Source: Octopus bimaculoides (lineage: Eukaryota). From it: a stretch of DNA of 64,000 nucleotides. The notes beneath the pieces were generated by a model. The model did no database searches and was not told where the DNA came from. It saw nothing but the letters and a program-made list of their open reading frames with translations. Position 1 is the stretch's first letter. The number at the start of each line of letters is the position of its first letter. The stretch is taken from NCBI RefSeq assembly GCF_001194135.2, contig NC_068982.1:32986106-33050105 (forward strand), in the 5' to 3' direction. Position numbers and translations under genes: made by a program. Below, piece by piece: positions 40,390 to 52,490 of this stretch.

Positions 40390-40990
40390 ATATAAAACTC
40401 TCCTAATATTTGAGTGGAACAATCCCAGAACGTAGATATTGATGAAGCAATCCAAAACCGGATAAAAAAAAACCCAGCTGTATAGTCGTCTAAGAAGACC
40501 AAGGACGACACTGGTACATTTTACGTACGTGAAGATCATGGTCTGTGGTAAACAAATTTATGGTGTATAAGATATTTGTACTCAGTCTCCTTTACAGCTC
40601 TAAAACCTGGATAAGTGATATTTACATAAACTAGAAAAATAAAACCAGATATGTCTGTGGGAAATGGTGTAAATCCAGTGCACCAACAAGCGAATATCCT
40701 CCCACTTGGAAAACACAATTACGCAACGGTTCCTATGAACTAATTACATCATGAGAATAGCAAATCATCCGCTGGCCAAGCAATTGTTTTATTCCCAATT
40801 GAATGAAGCAAATTGTATGCGAGGAGGACACAAGAGGTGATTCAATGACGTACGTACAAAAAAACTGAAGAACCAATGTGAACGAGTGGAAATCGCAAAT
40901 AACCGACAGAAATGGTGACAGATTATCTATGATGGAGCCAAAATCTTCGTCACAGCACGAAGCAAAAGTCATGACGATAACCGCGAGCAT
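40390..40990 (+). pseudogene. RTE-clade LINE 3' relic (RT thumb and C-terminus)
   Basis: NVDIDEAIQNRIKK and HPLAKQLFYSQLNEANCMRGGQ match the RTE motifs IDxEIxxRIxKA and RLPKQLxYxxLxxGxRxxGGQ. Many frameshifts. Confidence 0.7.
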
Positions 40991-41655
40991 AGAAAGTAGA
41001 ACGAGGCAACTAACAAAAATGCTGTCTATAGTCAGAAAATGGGACGAACGTTTTCGTATTATGAATTCCTGGCTCAGAATGAGGTCTAACATTTTGCTGT
41101 TATTATTAATATGCTATTTTTCTTTCGTATCATTTGCATGACATATCGTTTTCCTTTTCATACTGTTTTCGTCTAGTCGAATAGTTTTCTTTTATTCTTT
41201 TCAGCGTAGAAGTAAATCATTTATTATTCAATGTAAGTCATAGAGTAAAAGTTCGAATCCAGTTTAAAGTTTAGCATTTTGGATTTTGTTCATGAAACGG
41301 ATAAATCTCTAACGAAAATCATAGCACGTAAGTTCAACTAAAGTTAGAATTGATTTTTTTATAATGTTGTATCGATATTTTTACATTTAATTGATACAGT
41401 TCATGGAGAATTATAATATTTTGACAACTTATTTCCTTTAATCGTCAAGTTAAACAAAAGTTCAGCTTAACATTCAAAATATGGACCATCGTGTTGCACC
41501 GTTTGAAGTCACTTTTCTGCTAGACCATTGATCCCACGCTGAACGCAAGGATTGAGCCATGGATCTGAATAGTAAATAATCTAAAGGAGGCAGGTCCTGA
41601 CTATAGGCTACAAACGGTTAAATTTAATAATTTTTAATACTTTTTTTTTTTTCGG

Positions 41656-41865
41656 TAAGGCGGTGAGTTGGCAGAAACGTTAGCACGCGCTTAGCGGTAT
41701 TTCGTCTGTCTTTACGTTCTGAGCTCAAATTCCGCCAAGGTCGACTTTGCCTTTCATCCTTTCGGGGTCGATAAATTAAGTACCAGTTGAGTACTGGGTC
41801 GATCTAATCGACTGGCCCCCTTCCCAAAAATTTCGGGTCTTGTGCCTAGAGTAGGAAAGAATATT
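41656..41865 (+). mobile_element. SINE family B copy (tail type 2)
   Basis: Family B consensus. Confidence 0.88.
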
Positions 41866-43951
41866 TTTTCGGCTGTATTATGTATTAGCTTCTTTTCGCA
41901 TCTGATTTCTATTGATCTTCTATAATAATGAAGCTCTATCTCTTAATTTTCTGCTTTTGTGTCCATATACCATGAAGAAATCTTGCGGAAGAGACGTTAT
42001 TTTAACGACATACATCTTATAATCACCCGAAAAGACACATCTACACCGACGGATATCTCACCCAGGAGGGATCGATGCTAGATGGGTTGAAACAATTGTA
42101 GTGATCAATAAGCATTCTCGTATCTTCCATCTTCGTCTCTGTCTTTAATCCAATACCCAGCAAAGACCGAAAGTGAATGTGCTTTACCAGAAAGCTACCA
42201 GGTGTATACCATTTGATTTATTAACTAATATATATATATATANNNNNNNNNNNNNNNNNNNNNNNNNNNNNNNNNNNNNNNNNNNNNNNNNNNNNNNNNN
42301 NNNNNNNNNNNNNNNNNNNNNNNNNNNNNNNNNNNNNNNNNNNNNNNNNNNNNNNNNNNNNNNNNNNNNNNNNNNNNNNNNNNNNNNNNNNNNNNNNNNN
42401 NNNNNNNNNNNNNNNNNNNNNNNNNNNNNNNNNNNNNNNNNNNNNNNNNNNNNNNNNNNNNNNNNNNNNNNNNNNNNNNNNNNNNNNNNNNNNNNNNNNN
42501 NNNNNNNNNNNNNNNNNNNNNNNNNNNNNNNNNNNNNNNNNNNNNNNNNNNNNNNNNNNNNNNNNNNNNNNNNNNNNNNNNNNNNNNNNNNNNNNNNNNN
42601 NNNNNNNNNNNNNNNNNNNNNNNNNNNNNNNNNNNNNNNNNNNNNNNNNNNNNNNNNNNNNNNNNNNNNNNNNNNNNNNNNNNNNNNNNNNNNNNNNNNN
42701 NNNNNNNNNNNNNNNNNNNNNNNNNNNNNNNNNNNNNNNNNNNNNNNNNNNNNNNNNNNNNNNNNNNNNNNNNNNNNNNNNNNNNNNNNNNNNNNNNNNN
42801 NNNNNNNNNNNNNNNNNNNNNNNNNNNNNNNNNNNNNNNNNNNNNNNNNNNNNNNNNNNNNNNNNNNNNNNNNNNNNNNNNNNNNNNNNNNNNNNNNNNN
42901 NNNNNNNNNNNNNNNNNNNNNNNNNNNNNNNNNNNNNNNNNNNNNNNNNNNNNNNNNNNNNNNNNNNNNNNNNNNNNNNNNNNNNNNNNNNNNNNNNNNN
43001 NNNNNNNNNNNNNNNNNNNNNNNNNNNNNNNNNNNNNNNNNNNNNNNNNNNNNNNNNNNNNNNNNNNNNNNNNNNNNNNNNNNNNNNNNNNNNNNNNNNN
43101 NNNNNNNNNNAATTGAAAGACTCTTTTTTTTCCTGAATCAAATGTTAACAAGGCGAAGCTGACGCGCTGAAATATGGAAGTTTTGCCACACACATAGATC
43201 AAAGATCTGAATCATGAGCACGGGGAGGACAAAAACAGTCACATCCGGGACACAATCAAACACACACTTTAAAACATAAATATAACTCAAGAAAAGAGAA
43301 ACACAAACGCATTCATACATGAGTACAGCTATACAAACACACACGTACATTGGAAGGCATAGACATACGGTTAGTGTTGTAAACTCTCTGAGGAGACAGA
43401 AAACTGAAAACCCTACAATGATGCTAAATATAGTCACTCAGATAACAAATCAAACGAACCAATCACACAACTGGCAAACTTCCTTCAAGGGTCACATGAT
43501 CCAACATATACATCAAACGTTTCCACTTATATACAAATATAAGTGTGTGGAGGGTGTATGTTTATATGCATATATATATATATGTATGTATGTATGTATG
43601 TACGCATGTATAGATAGATAGATAGATAGATAGATAGTAACAAAGTTTAGAGATCAGAGAGAAGTATACCCATGCAGATACACAGTAGCCCATCACCAGC
43701 CCGTACACAACTATACAACTTGTGTGTGTGTTGCGTCCATAAATGTGTGCTTGTGTATAATACTGTACATGGTATCAAAATCAGTTCATCCCAAACTCTA
43801 TTCGTTTAATATTATCTGTCAGTTTATTATAAGAAATTACAATACAGGAATAAGTGTGTGTGTCTGTGTGTATGTAAGGGTGTGAGTGCGTGTGTGTATG
43901 TCTGTTGTGTGGTTATGTATATATATATATTGTACAAGTCTGTATGTTGTT

Positions 43952-44273
43952 GGCACACTGTCGCTTACGACGTCGAGGGTTCCAGTTGATCCGATCAACG
44001 GAACAGCCTGCTCGTGAAATTAACGTGCAAGTGGCTGAGCACTCCACAGACACGTGTACCCTTAACGTAGTTCTCGGGGATATTCAGTGTGACACAGTGT
44101 GACAAGGCTGACCCTTTGAATTACAAGTACAACAGAAACAGGAAGTAAGAGTGAAAGATAGTTGTGGTGGAAGAGTACAGCAGGGTTCGCCACCATCCCT
44201 GCCGGAGCCTCGTGGGGCTTTAGGTGTTTTCGCTCAATAAACACTCACAACGCCCGGTCTGGGAATCGAAACT
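43952..44273 (-). mobile_element. SINE family A variant (same 3' tail, longer middle); head lost in the gap
   Basis: About 150 bp colinear with 409-570, then a different ~110-bp middle, then a GTTTCGATTCCC B box next to the gap. Confidence 0.8.
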
Positions 44274-45894
44274 NNNNNNNNNNNNNNNNNNNNNNNNNNN
44301 NNNNNNNNNNNNNNNNNNNNNNNNNNNNNNNNNNNNNNNNNNNNNNNNNNNNNNNNNNNNNNNNNNNNNNNNNNNNNNNNNNNNNNNNNNNNNNNNNNNN
44401 NNNNNNNNNNNNNNNNNNNNNNNNNNNNNNNNNNNNNNNNNNNNNNNNNNNNNNNNNNNNNNNNNNNNNNNNNNNNNNNNNNNNNNNNNNNNNNNNNNNN
44501 NNNNNNNNNNNNNNNNNNNNNNNNNNNNNNNNNNNNNNNNNNNNNNNNNNNNNNNNNNNNNNNNNNNNNNNNNNNNNNNNNNNNNNNNNNNNNNNNNNNN
44601 NNNNNNNNNNNNNNNNNNNNNNNNNNNNNNNNNNNNNNNNNNNNNNNNNNNNNNNNNNNNNNNNNNNNNNNNNNNNNNNNNNNNNNNNNNNNNNNNNNNN
44701 NNNNNNNNNNNNNNNNNNNNNNNNNNNNNNNNNNNNNNNNNNNNNNNNNNNNNNNNNNNNNNNNNNNNNNNNNNNNNNNNNNNNNNNNNNNNNNNNNNNN
44801 NNNNNNNNNNNNNNNNNNNNNNNNNNNNNNNNNNNNNNNNNNNNNNNNNNNNNNNNNNNNNNNNNNNNNNNNNNNNNNNNNNNNNNNNNNNNNNNNNNNN
44901 NNNNNNNNNNNNNNNNNNNNNNNNNNNNNNNNNNNNNNNNNNNNNNNNNNNNNNNNNNNNNNNNNNNNNNNNNNNNNNNNNNNNNNNNNNNNNNNNNNNN
45001 NNNNNNNNTATAAAAGAAGTTTGAAAACGTCAATATATAAAAAATGAATTTTAATTTATATTTTTGTCAGAGATATTTTTAACATGTTTCGGTTCTTGAA
45101 AAAACGAACCTTATCAAAAATACATATTTAAAAAAATGAAATTAAATGAAAAGTTCATAATTGTTCCTTACTGGTGTCAACAGTCCATGTGGGAGCATTT
45201 TTTGTTGGTTGTAGTAGTAGTAGTAGTGACGGTGTTGGTAATGGTCATATATATGACGAGCTTCTTTTCAGTTTCCGTGAAACAAAGGGTTTGGTAGGCC
45301 CAAGGCTATAGCAGAAGTCACTTGCTCAAGGTGCCACGCAGTGGGACTGAACCTGAAACCAAGTGGTTGAGAGCCAAACTCCTTAACACACAGCAATGCT
45401 TGCACCTACAAATATATATGAATGTATCTAATTATATCACCAACACACAACTATTGCTGATCAAAGAAAACACTGAAAAGGGATGAAATACAGTGAAAAA
45501 CGAAATAGAAAAAAAGGGCTGTAACACATCTAAGTAACTTTTACCGAAAGACATTCATAGATAAAAATGATACAACACACGAAATCTACGCACATATATA
45601 GAAAAAATAATACAACCACTCCACATACACACACACACACACATGTACAGCCCCTCACTCACGCACATTTTAGTCATAGCAGTGTGGTTGAGAAGTTTGC
45701 TTTGTAACTATGAGGTTTCGTGTGTGATCCCAATGTGCTTCCTCCTACTTGTATCGGAAGCCCTGGAAAAGGTCACAAGTACTTGCCTTCCTGTGACTAA
45801 GTGATTAAAAAGTGACATAGTCACACAAACATGCTTACGTATACACATGTATGTATACATGTATGTGTGTGCGTATATCCCTATATATGTATAC

Positions 45895-45953
<59 letters not shown>

Positions 45954-47704
45954 TCAGCATGGCCGCAGCTCTGAGCTGAAACTTTGAAATGAAAAAAATG
46001 AAATGGAAAAAATATATGTACGCACATACATGTAAGCACGAACACATACGTACGTGCACACATACGAGCGTGCACACACTCACATGCTCATACCGGACAA
46101 TTTCAAAACAACACTAAATCATACATCAAAATAAAATAAATGGAAGTGGAGAGACAAGTTACTGAAGAGATTGCAAGAGTGCAATGAAATGATTTAACAA
46201 AAACAAAAAACAAAAAACAAAAAAAACTAAATACTGTTTATAAATTAATAAAGGACTGAACCAGTGCGTGTGTTTATTACCGGCATAATGCCTCTCCCAA
46301 GGTTTAATTGTATTTCTTTCAACACACGTATCCACATCAAGAATCTTGCACACCAAATACACATACGAAATATATATATATATATGTATATATACAAACT
46401 CCGCCCAAAAAATGTATACACACGTCAAGAAAGGAAAAATCTGTATAAATATCTAACTTGTATATGTACCTCTGTAGATATTTCTTTCGATGTGTTATCA
46501 AACTGCGATAATACTGAATAAATTGCAATAACACTGAATTAAAATTCGACGGGCTTCTTTCAGTTTCTGTCTACCAAATCCACTCACTAGGCTTTGGTCG
46601 ACCGAGGCTATACTAGAAGACACTCGCCCAAGGTGCCACGCAGTGGGACTTGACCCGAACCCATGTGATTGAGAACAAAGCTTTGAACATGTGCATTTGT
46701 TGTTATTGACGTAATGATTCCCCCAAGACAAGACAAAAATTATTCCAACACACGAATTCACATTAATAATCTTACAAACCAAATACCAAAATGAAGTAAA
46801 ATGTTATGGTTAGTTTTCACAAAGTGAAAATATATGTTTGCTTCGCTATATTAGAGGGAAAACTGCATTGTTTCCACAACGGAAAAGAATCCGTAATTTG
46901 TGTCGAAGAAATATTATCTGTTAAGTGAAACATTTCTGAATTTCAAACAAAATATTTCTGAAATTCAAGTTCTAACGTATTGTTGTTGTTGTGTAACTTC
47001 CAATGACTGAGCATTATTTCTTTGTTTTCTTTTATCAGAAACCAACTCCTTGTGTATATAAAACATTTAAAGAATTTAAAAAATGATAGATACAAACATA
47101 CATACATAAATACATACATACATACATGCATACATACATACATACATACATAAATACATATATACATGCATTGTTCCATACGTTTCAACATAAACATATA
47201 AAATGTTGAAAATCTAAACAAAATTTAATAAAACTAAATCATTTTTTTTCTTTTCCTGCATGCAACCCAGCCAAAAATTTAATGGACATTCCATGTCGGA
47301 AAGAATGGGAGGAGTACAATTCCAAATTCGTAGATGAGCAGTCATCAATGCCAACACCCACTAGAAAAGAGTTAAAGCATTATTGTTCTTTTTCATAATA
47401 AATCTGTTGTTTTTGTTGTTAAAAGATACGATGATAACGCATTTTTGTTAGTTGAATAATATCATATTTTTGAAAAAGAAATTTCTGCTAAAATTTAACA
47501 TTGACATCTGAATAAAATACAAATAATATACGCTAAATATATTTTTACTTAAGCAGCAACAAAGAAAAAAAAAACAATCTTAAAATTAACAATTTATATG
47601 TAATAATACCATTTCTTTTGCTCTTCATGAATGACTAATTGACTATTTAAGAAAATATATTATTGGTCTCTAAAAGGGAATTTACAGTTCTTTATAAATG
47701 GGCG

Positions 47705-48092
47705 AAGATATGTCTGTGGAGTTAAATGGTTTGCTTATAGATTCGCTTGGTTATGAGTTCAATCCCGTTGCGTGGTACATCAGGTAAGTGAAATAAATTC
47801 TAAGCTCGCTACACGGACACGCCGGAAGCCCATCAGATGTGAATGTGTGTGTGTGTGTGTGTATGCGTGCTTGTGCGTGCGTTTGTGTGTGTATGAGTGT
47901 GTGTCTTTCTGTCTGCGTTTGCCCTTTCCAACCGTTTGATAACAGGTGTTATTGTGTTTACCTCCCCGTAACTTAGGGGTTCGGCAATGTGATCGATAAG
48001 ATTAGTACTAGGCTTTAAAGTATAAGAGCTGAGATTGATACATTCGACTAAAAATTATTTAGGGCAGTGCTCCAGCATGGCCGCAGTTAAGT
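47705..48092 (+). mobile_element. SINE family C, degraded full-length copy
   Basis: Family C head, (TG)n and tail motifs. Confidence 0.7.
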
Positions 48093-48221
48093 AATATATA
48101 TATATATANNNNNNNNNNATATATGAAGAAGGTTGAAAAAGTAGAAAATGGAGAAAACGTTTGATCAACAAATTGACCAACATCGATTAATTACTTTTTT
48201 TAATACAAAACATATCATAAC

Positions 48222-48343
48222 ATTTCTTACGGCCGTTTCGGCTGCCAATGTCAGTCGGTGCTTACAAAGAAAATTCCGAAAATAATATTCATCATCTTTA
48301 TAGCACATTCGATCTAGTACATGTAGCTTCATCAGAGTGAATA
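48222..48343 (-). ncRNA. hammerhead-ribozyme-like motif with ~90-nt helix II
   Basis: On the minus strand: CTGATGA (plus 48329-48335), a long self-complementary arm, GAAA (plus 48236-48239), palindrome ACGGCCGT (48229-48236) and a GUA triplet. Helix I is weak. Confidence 0.6.
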
Positions 48344-48590
48344 CAAATACATAAAATAAAAGAAGGGAAGGGGGAGAGGAAAGAACAGGGCCTCGCAATG
48401 AGGCCAGAAGGCTCAATATATTAGAATCATACCATTTTGCATTGTGAAGCTTCAAGTCGATAGGCTAAAGAGTGAACTAACAAATGAACTAGAGAAATAA
48501 TTTGTGGTTTATCTTTTTCTATAGGGGTACCAGGGTGTATAAATGGTAGTAAAATAAAACTAGTGCTAAAGTAAAACAGGAATCGTCAAT

Positions 48591-50056
48591 ATGTCTAGAA
48601 AAAAACCCACTATTCTAAATAGTGCGCTCATTTTTGCTAAGAACTTTACTAAGATCAGTAGGAAAGAAATCAATGTAATCCTCACGGCCCGTAAGTCCAT
48701 TATTGAATTTGATAATAAACTGTGGACTAGGAAAGACACCCTCGATTACTTTGATATAACTATGGAGTCCCCAGACTCAGCGGAGGTAACCGACCTTGTG
48801 GGAATATACCTATTCGACAATATCAGCAAGGAATTCCCTGAATTTGTTGGGGTCTAGACAGGGATGACGCACTTTTTATAATTAGAAACACTTCTAATAG
48901 ACGCATAGAACTACTTAAGAAACGTCTGCATAAACTTTTCAATAGATTCGGCCTCTCTTTTACTATTGAAAATGAAAATTACTCTATCAATTATCTAGAC
49001 GTTAATTGCAATTTAAATACGGGTTTACACCAACCTTACATGAAACCTAACTCTGACTTGAAATATATAAACTATCAAAGTAACCATCCACAATCTATAA
49101 AAATAGCGCTAATAAAGGCTATTAGTAAAAGAATTTCCTATCTCTTTTCTAATGAGGACCTATTTAATAGTCATAAAGATAAGTACGATAAGGCACTTAA
49201 AGATGCAGGCTACAGAGGTAGAATTAAATATACCCCACACACGAATGCAACGAATAAAAATAATATTGACAACTTTAACTGCAATAATACAGAACACAGA
49301 AATACACCTAAACTAAGTAATAAAGCACAGAAACCTATAGCTCACGATACTAACAGGATCGGAATTAGCAACACTAAGAAGAGCTATAATAATAACAGAA
49401 ATACAACAAATAAAATAGCGAGGGGAATTAGATGAGGGATGTATAATGCCAATAAACTCACTAATCACGAAGACTACAGTAACAACTCAAAATATTACCT
49501 ACAGAAACCAAGCCCTAGCACCATTAATGGTGGTAATAATGCGCATAACTTAGATGATAAAACTAATGATAATAAACATATACACCACACGCATCACTCT
49601 AACAGCTATAAACATGTGTCGTTCGGCAAGATAACCGGTAAAACGAGAGACATTAACTGGCTCATACTCCCATAAGTGATGCAAATAAAGATGCAAATTA
49701 GCTAAGCTAATTTTTAACATTATAAATAAACACTTTGATAAGAAAAGCAGGTATTCGAAACTTATTAATAGTAGAATAATAAAGATAGGTTATAGTCTCA
49801 CGCATAGCTTAGTCAGCATCATTTCCTCCCTGAATAATAAAAAAAACTAGACACTTTCTATTTAAATAGAAGCAACAATGACAGTGACAGCAATAATAGT
49901 AAGAATAAAAACAATAAACCCCATAACCACCCCAATTTTAGTAAAGGGAACACTCAGAACCATAATAACCCTATTAATCTTAACAGATCTAGCACTATCC
50001 CACCAGAAAGTAATTCCCACAGCACAATCTATGTGACTATAAGAATGCCCGACTGA
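48591..50056 (+). pseudogene. Penelope-like reverse transcriptase, frameshifted; no GIY-YIG domain detected
   Basis: FDITMESPDSAEVTDLVGIYL, then a frameshift, GL(D)RDDALFII (YxDD site), INYLDVN, YINYQSNHP, KALKDAGY, and later NWLILP..IINKHFD..IKIGYS..IISSLNNKK. This is the PLE RT, thumb and linker motif order. Confidence 0.85.
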
Positions 50057-50184
50057 CTTTGGCAGCCGAAACGGCCGTAAGAAATGCTTTATGTTTTTAT
50101 TAAATATTAATTAGCCGATGTTGGTCAATTTTCTTGTTAATCAAAAGTTTTCTCCATTTTCTGCTGATTTAAATTTGATTCCTT

Positions 50185-50582
50185 AGTGACATTTCATCCG
50201 TCTTCACGTTCTGAGTTCAAATTCCGCCGAGGTCGACTTTACCTTTCATGCTTTCAGAGTCGATAAAATAAGTACCAGTTGAGAACTGGGGTCGATGTAA
50301 TCGACTAGTCCCCCTCAAAGTTCCAGGCCTTGTACCTATAGCAGAAAGGATTATTAACTTAAGATCGAAGGCGAGGAGTTGGCAGAATCGTTAGCACACT
50401 GGGCAAAATGCTAAGCGGCGTTTCGTCAATCATTATGTTCTTAGTTCAAATTCCGCCGAAGTCGACTTTGCTTTCTGTCCTTTCGGGGTCGATAAAATAA
50501 GTACCAGTTGAGCATTGGGTCGATGTAATCGACTTACCTCTCCCCCTAAATTGGTGCGCTGTGTCAAAATTTGAAACCATTA
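50185..50582 (+). mobile_element. two tandem SINE family B copies (tail types 2 and 3)
   Basis: About 50185-50355 (headless) and about 50368-50582. Another degraded copy at about 50985-51145 and a tail at about 53195-53290. Confidence 0.8.
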
Positions 50583-51177
50583 TTAACTTAAGCTCAAACA
50601 TTTTGGGAGAAGTGTAATCAATTAGTCGACTTCATGACTTCACTGTTGCTTTATTTTTCGGTCACCGAAAGAATCTAAGGTAACATTGAGCACAGTGAGA
50701 CTTGAAATGCGATCATAAAATAACGAAAATAAACGCTACGAGATTTTTTATCAGTTGTTCTAGTTATTCTGACGATTCAGCGCCTAGTTTAATATATAAA
50801 TTAAAACTATAATAACCTGCTTTCACTTACATATTACATATTACATAAAGCTAACAGCTGGCAAGATTATTAAAGCGTTTTATTATTGTGGAATTTTTTG
50901 GCTGGGTGTTTTGAGTTAAAAACTGGCCGGGATTAACTGTACTCCTTCTGAGAACAATAAAATAAAGTTTCAGTCGAATACCTATTTTCAGCAGACTGAG
51001 TTCCAGTCCAACCTAGGTCAACGTTGTCGTTCATCTCTGCAGATGTCGATAAAAGATAATACCTTCCAAGTGCTGAGGACGATGTAATCGACTAAACCCT
51101 CCCCACAAAATTGCTAGCCTAGTGCTAAAATTAAAAATGTTATTATGATTATTATTATTATTATTATTATTGTTGTT

Positions 51178-51457
51178 CAGTAGTCTTATTTTTATAACGT
51201 GCTTTCACTTCACTGCCGAGCGCAGCTCTGTGTGCCTTGGGTATGTGCTGTGGTTTGCTGTGATGCTCTTATGGTTACTGTATTGAAAGTGTTTTGCGTA
51301 GGATGTGTGCAGTGCCCAGTAGTGCAATTTTCTGTATGTTATATATATTTGTAAGTCCTGGTGTTTTTGTTATGTATTTGTCTGAATATTTTTTTATTAT
51401 ACCTAAGGCACCTACTATGATAGGAATTGTTTCTGTTTTTAGATTCCACATTCGAGT
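51178..51457 (-). mobile_element. Dong/R4-like RLE non-LTR element, 5'-truncated copy 1
   Basis: Open frame 51275-51457: TRMWNLKTETIPIIVGALGIIKK..IQKIALLGTAHILRKTLSIQ*. A ~100-nt 3' UTR follows. (AAT)n tracts lie on both sides. Confidence 0.88.
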
Positions 51458-51479
51458 TATTATTATTATTATTATTATT

Positions 51480-52424
51480 CAGTAGTTTTATTTTTATAAC
51501 GTGCTTTCACTTCNNNNNNNNNNNNNNNNNNNNNNNNNNNNNNNNNNNNNNNNNNNNNNNNNNNNNNNNNNNNNNNNNNNNNNNNNNNNNNNNNNNNNNN
51601 NNNNNNNNNNNNNNNNNNNNNNNNNNNNNNNNNNNNNNNNNNNNNNNNNNNNNNNNNNNNNNNNNNNNNNNNNNNNNNNNNNNNNNNNNNNNNNNNNNNN
51701 NNNNNNNNNNNNNNNNNNNNNNNNNNNNNNNNNNNNNNNNNNNNNNNNNNNNNNNNNNNNNNNNNNNNNNNNNNNNNNNNNNNNNNNNNNNNNNNNNNNN
51801 NNNNNNNNNNNNNNNNNNNNNNNNNNNNNNNNNNNNNNNNNNNNNNNNNNNNNNNNNNNNNNNNNNNNNNNNNNNNNNNNNNNNNNNNNNNNNNNNNNNN
51901 NNNNNNNNNNNNNNNNNNNNNNNNNNNNNNNNNNNNNNNNNNNNNNNNNNNNNNNNNNNNNNNNNNNNNNNNNNNNNNNNNNNNNNNNNNNNNNNNNNNN
52001 NNNNNNNNNNNNNNNNNNNNNNNNNNNNNNNNNNNNNNNNNNNNNNNNNNNNNNNNNNNNNNNNNNNNNNNNNNNNNNNNNNNNNNNNNNNNNNNNNNNN
52101 NNNNNNNNNNNTTGCTATTCCATAATGTTGGCATAGCTTCCAGTGTATATAGGTCCCAGCTCTGTCGTGTCTGTGAATATATTCCTTCTTAGCCAGGACT
52201 GGGCAGCCAGAGATAATATGATTTATTGTTTCTTGTCGATCTCCACATATTCTACAGTTACTTGTTATATTTCTTTTCATTATGTGTTTTTGGTAATTTC
52301 TGGTGGGGAGGCTTTGGTCTTGTGCAGCAATTAAAAATCCTTCAGTCTCTGCTTTGAGTCCTGAGCTTCTCAGCCATCGCTGGGATTTTTCTCTGTCTAT
52401 TTCTTTCGCATTTAGTTTAGCCCA

Positions 52425-52425
<1 letters not shown>
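51480..52425 (-). mobile_element. Dong/R4-like RLE non-LTR element, 5'-truncated copy 2 (spans a gap)
   Basis: Uninterrupted LKAETEGFLIAAQDQSLPTRNY..CRICGDRQETINHIISGCPVLAKKEYIHRHD (CCHC knuckle). The 3' UTR end at 51480-51513 matches copy 1 with 1 mismatch. Flanked by (ATT)n. Confidence 0.85.
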
Positions 52426-52458
<33 letters not shown>

Positions 52459-52490
52459 GTTGTTGTTGTTGGTGTTGTTGTTGTTGTTGT

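Larger units (their letters stand above)
48135..50185 (+). mobile_element. 5'-truncated Penelope-like element with an inverted pseudo-LTR
   Basis: 48135-48260 is the reverse complement of about 50049-50165. The internal region encodes a PLE-type RT. Confidence 0.85.
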
